Assembly (NCBI GenBank): GCA_965649825.1
Contig: OZ287713.1
Location: 1-56,543 of the forward strand
Length of the DNA: 56,543 nucleotides
DNA from: Penicillus capitatus
Taxonomy: Eukaryota; Plantae; Chlorophyta
Direction: 5' to 3'
Shown piece by piece: positions 56,192-56,543 of the stretch. How positions within the stretch are numbered: position 1 is the stretch's first letter; each line of letters begins with the position of its first letter. The notes under the pieces were generated by a model. That model made no database searches and was not told the DNA's origin. It saw nothing but the letters and a program-made list of their open reading frames with translations. The position numbers were made by a program, and so were the translations under genes.

Positions 56192-56543
56192 AGACTTGTG
56201 AATCTGCTTTTGTGAAGGCTTTGTTTTAACTGTTTTCGGAGTTGGCGGGAAGCGTGGTGTCGGCAAGATGGTGTTTTGCTGATGTGACTGTCTTGTTTTC
56301 GATGGGTCCACATTCAGGGGGGGGTCTTGGTTGAATCACCTGAGGCCATTTTCTTTGGTTCTGAGGCTAGGGTGATTCACCTGCCTAGGAACGTCGCGTC
56401 ACCGCGCACATACATAAGGACACATTCTGAACACTCAGGACCTTGCTCCAAACAGTTTGTAAAGTCTTCCGCTGTTAATCTTTCGTCCGGCCCGATCGCC
56501 GACAACCCCTTCCCGTCGCCCAGCCAGCAAAGCTCGGCCTCGG

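Larger units (their letters stand above)
54076..56504 (+). mobile_element. Non-autonomous gag-only LTR retrotransposon
   Basis: LTRs 54,076-54,878 (interrupted) and 56,258-56,504, with termini TGTCGGC...GCC(A/G)ACA. 5-bp TSD ACCCC (54,071-54,075 and 56,505-56,509). PBS-like TGGTTTCGTAGCG at 54,880. The LTRs differ by 3 substitutions and a G-run length. Confidence 0.93.

Noticed and set aside
3997-56543. Bona fide horizontal transfer of algal genes into an insect chromosome
   Set aside because: Not supported from sequence alone. There is no amelioration, decay or insertion signature, so a mis-join is more parsimonious. Kept only as a testable finding.

Overview
The window has two unrelated halves. 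Bases 1 to about 3,996 are AT-rich (roughly 25-30% GC by eye), non-coding, insect-like DNA. It breaks off inside a repeat and is joined directly to about 52.5 kb of gene-dense DNA (roughly 50-55% GC by eye) from a chlorophyte green alga. The algal part uses the standard code and the introns I delimited are 46-61 nt. It carries about 15 recognisable host genes: an alpha2delta-like VWA/Cache protein with a C-type lectin domain, adrenodoxin reductase, CDSP32, PDCD2, a TKL kinase, ARP7, POLA2, HPR, MAT, a LOV-like PAS kinase, eIF3g, a Patched/NPC1-family gene, a thioredoxin and SAS-4/CENPJ. The standout is an intact Ty3/gypsy LTR retrotransposon (40,759-47,703; identical 307-bp LTRs; ACAG target-site duplication, TSD) inserted in a 57-nt intron. 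Its 1,109-aa ORF1 begins with a signal peptide, a degenerate torsin/LAP1-like AAA+ domain, a glycosylatable coiled coil and membrane segments, all fused in frame to Gag-CCHC-protease. Pol is reached by a predicted -1 frameshift at A_AAA_AAC. The right end holds a three-level LTR nest: a solo LTR inside a gag-only element inside a gag-protease remnant. An orphan duplicated island with a 44-bp tandem array lies at 12.7-17.6 kb. All domain calls come from motif reading by eye; no database searches were run, and several exon boundaries are approximate.
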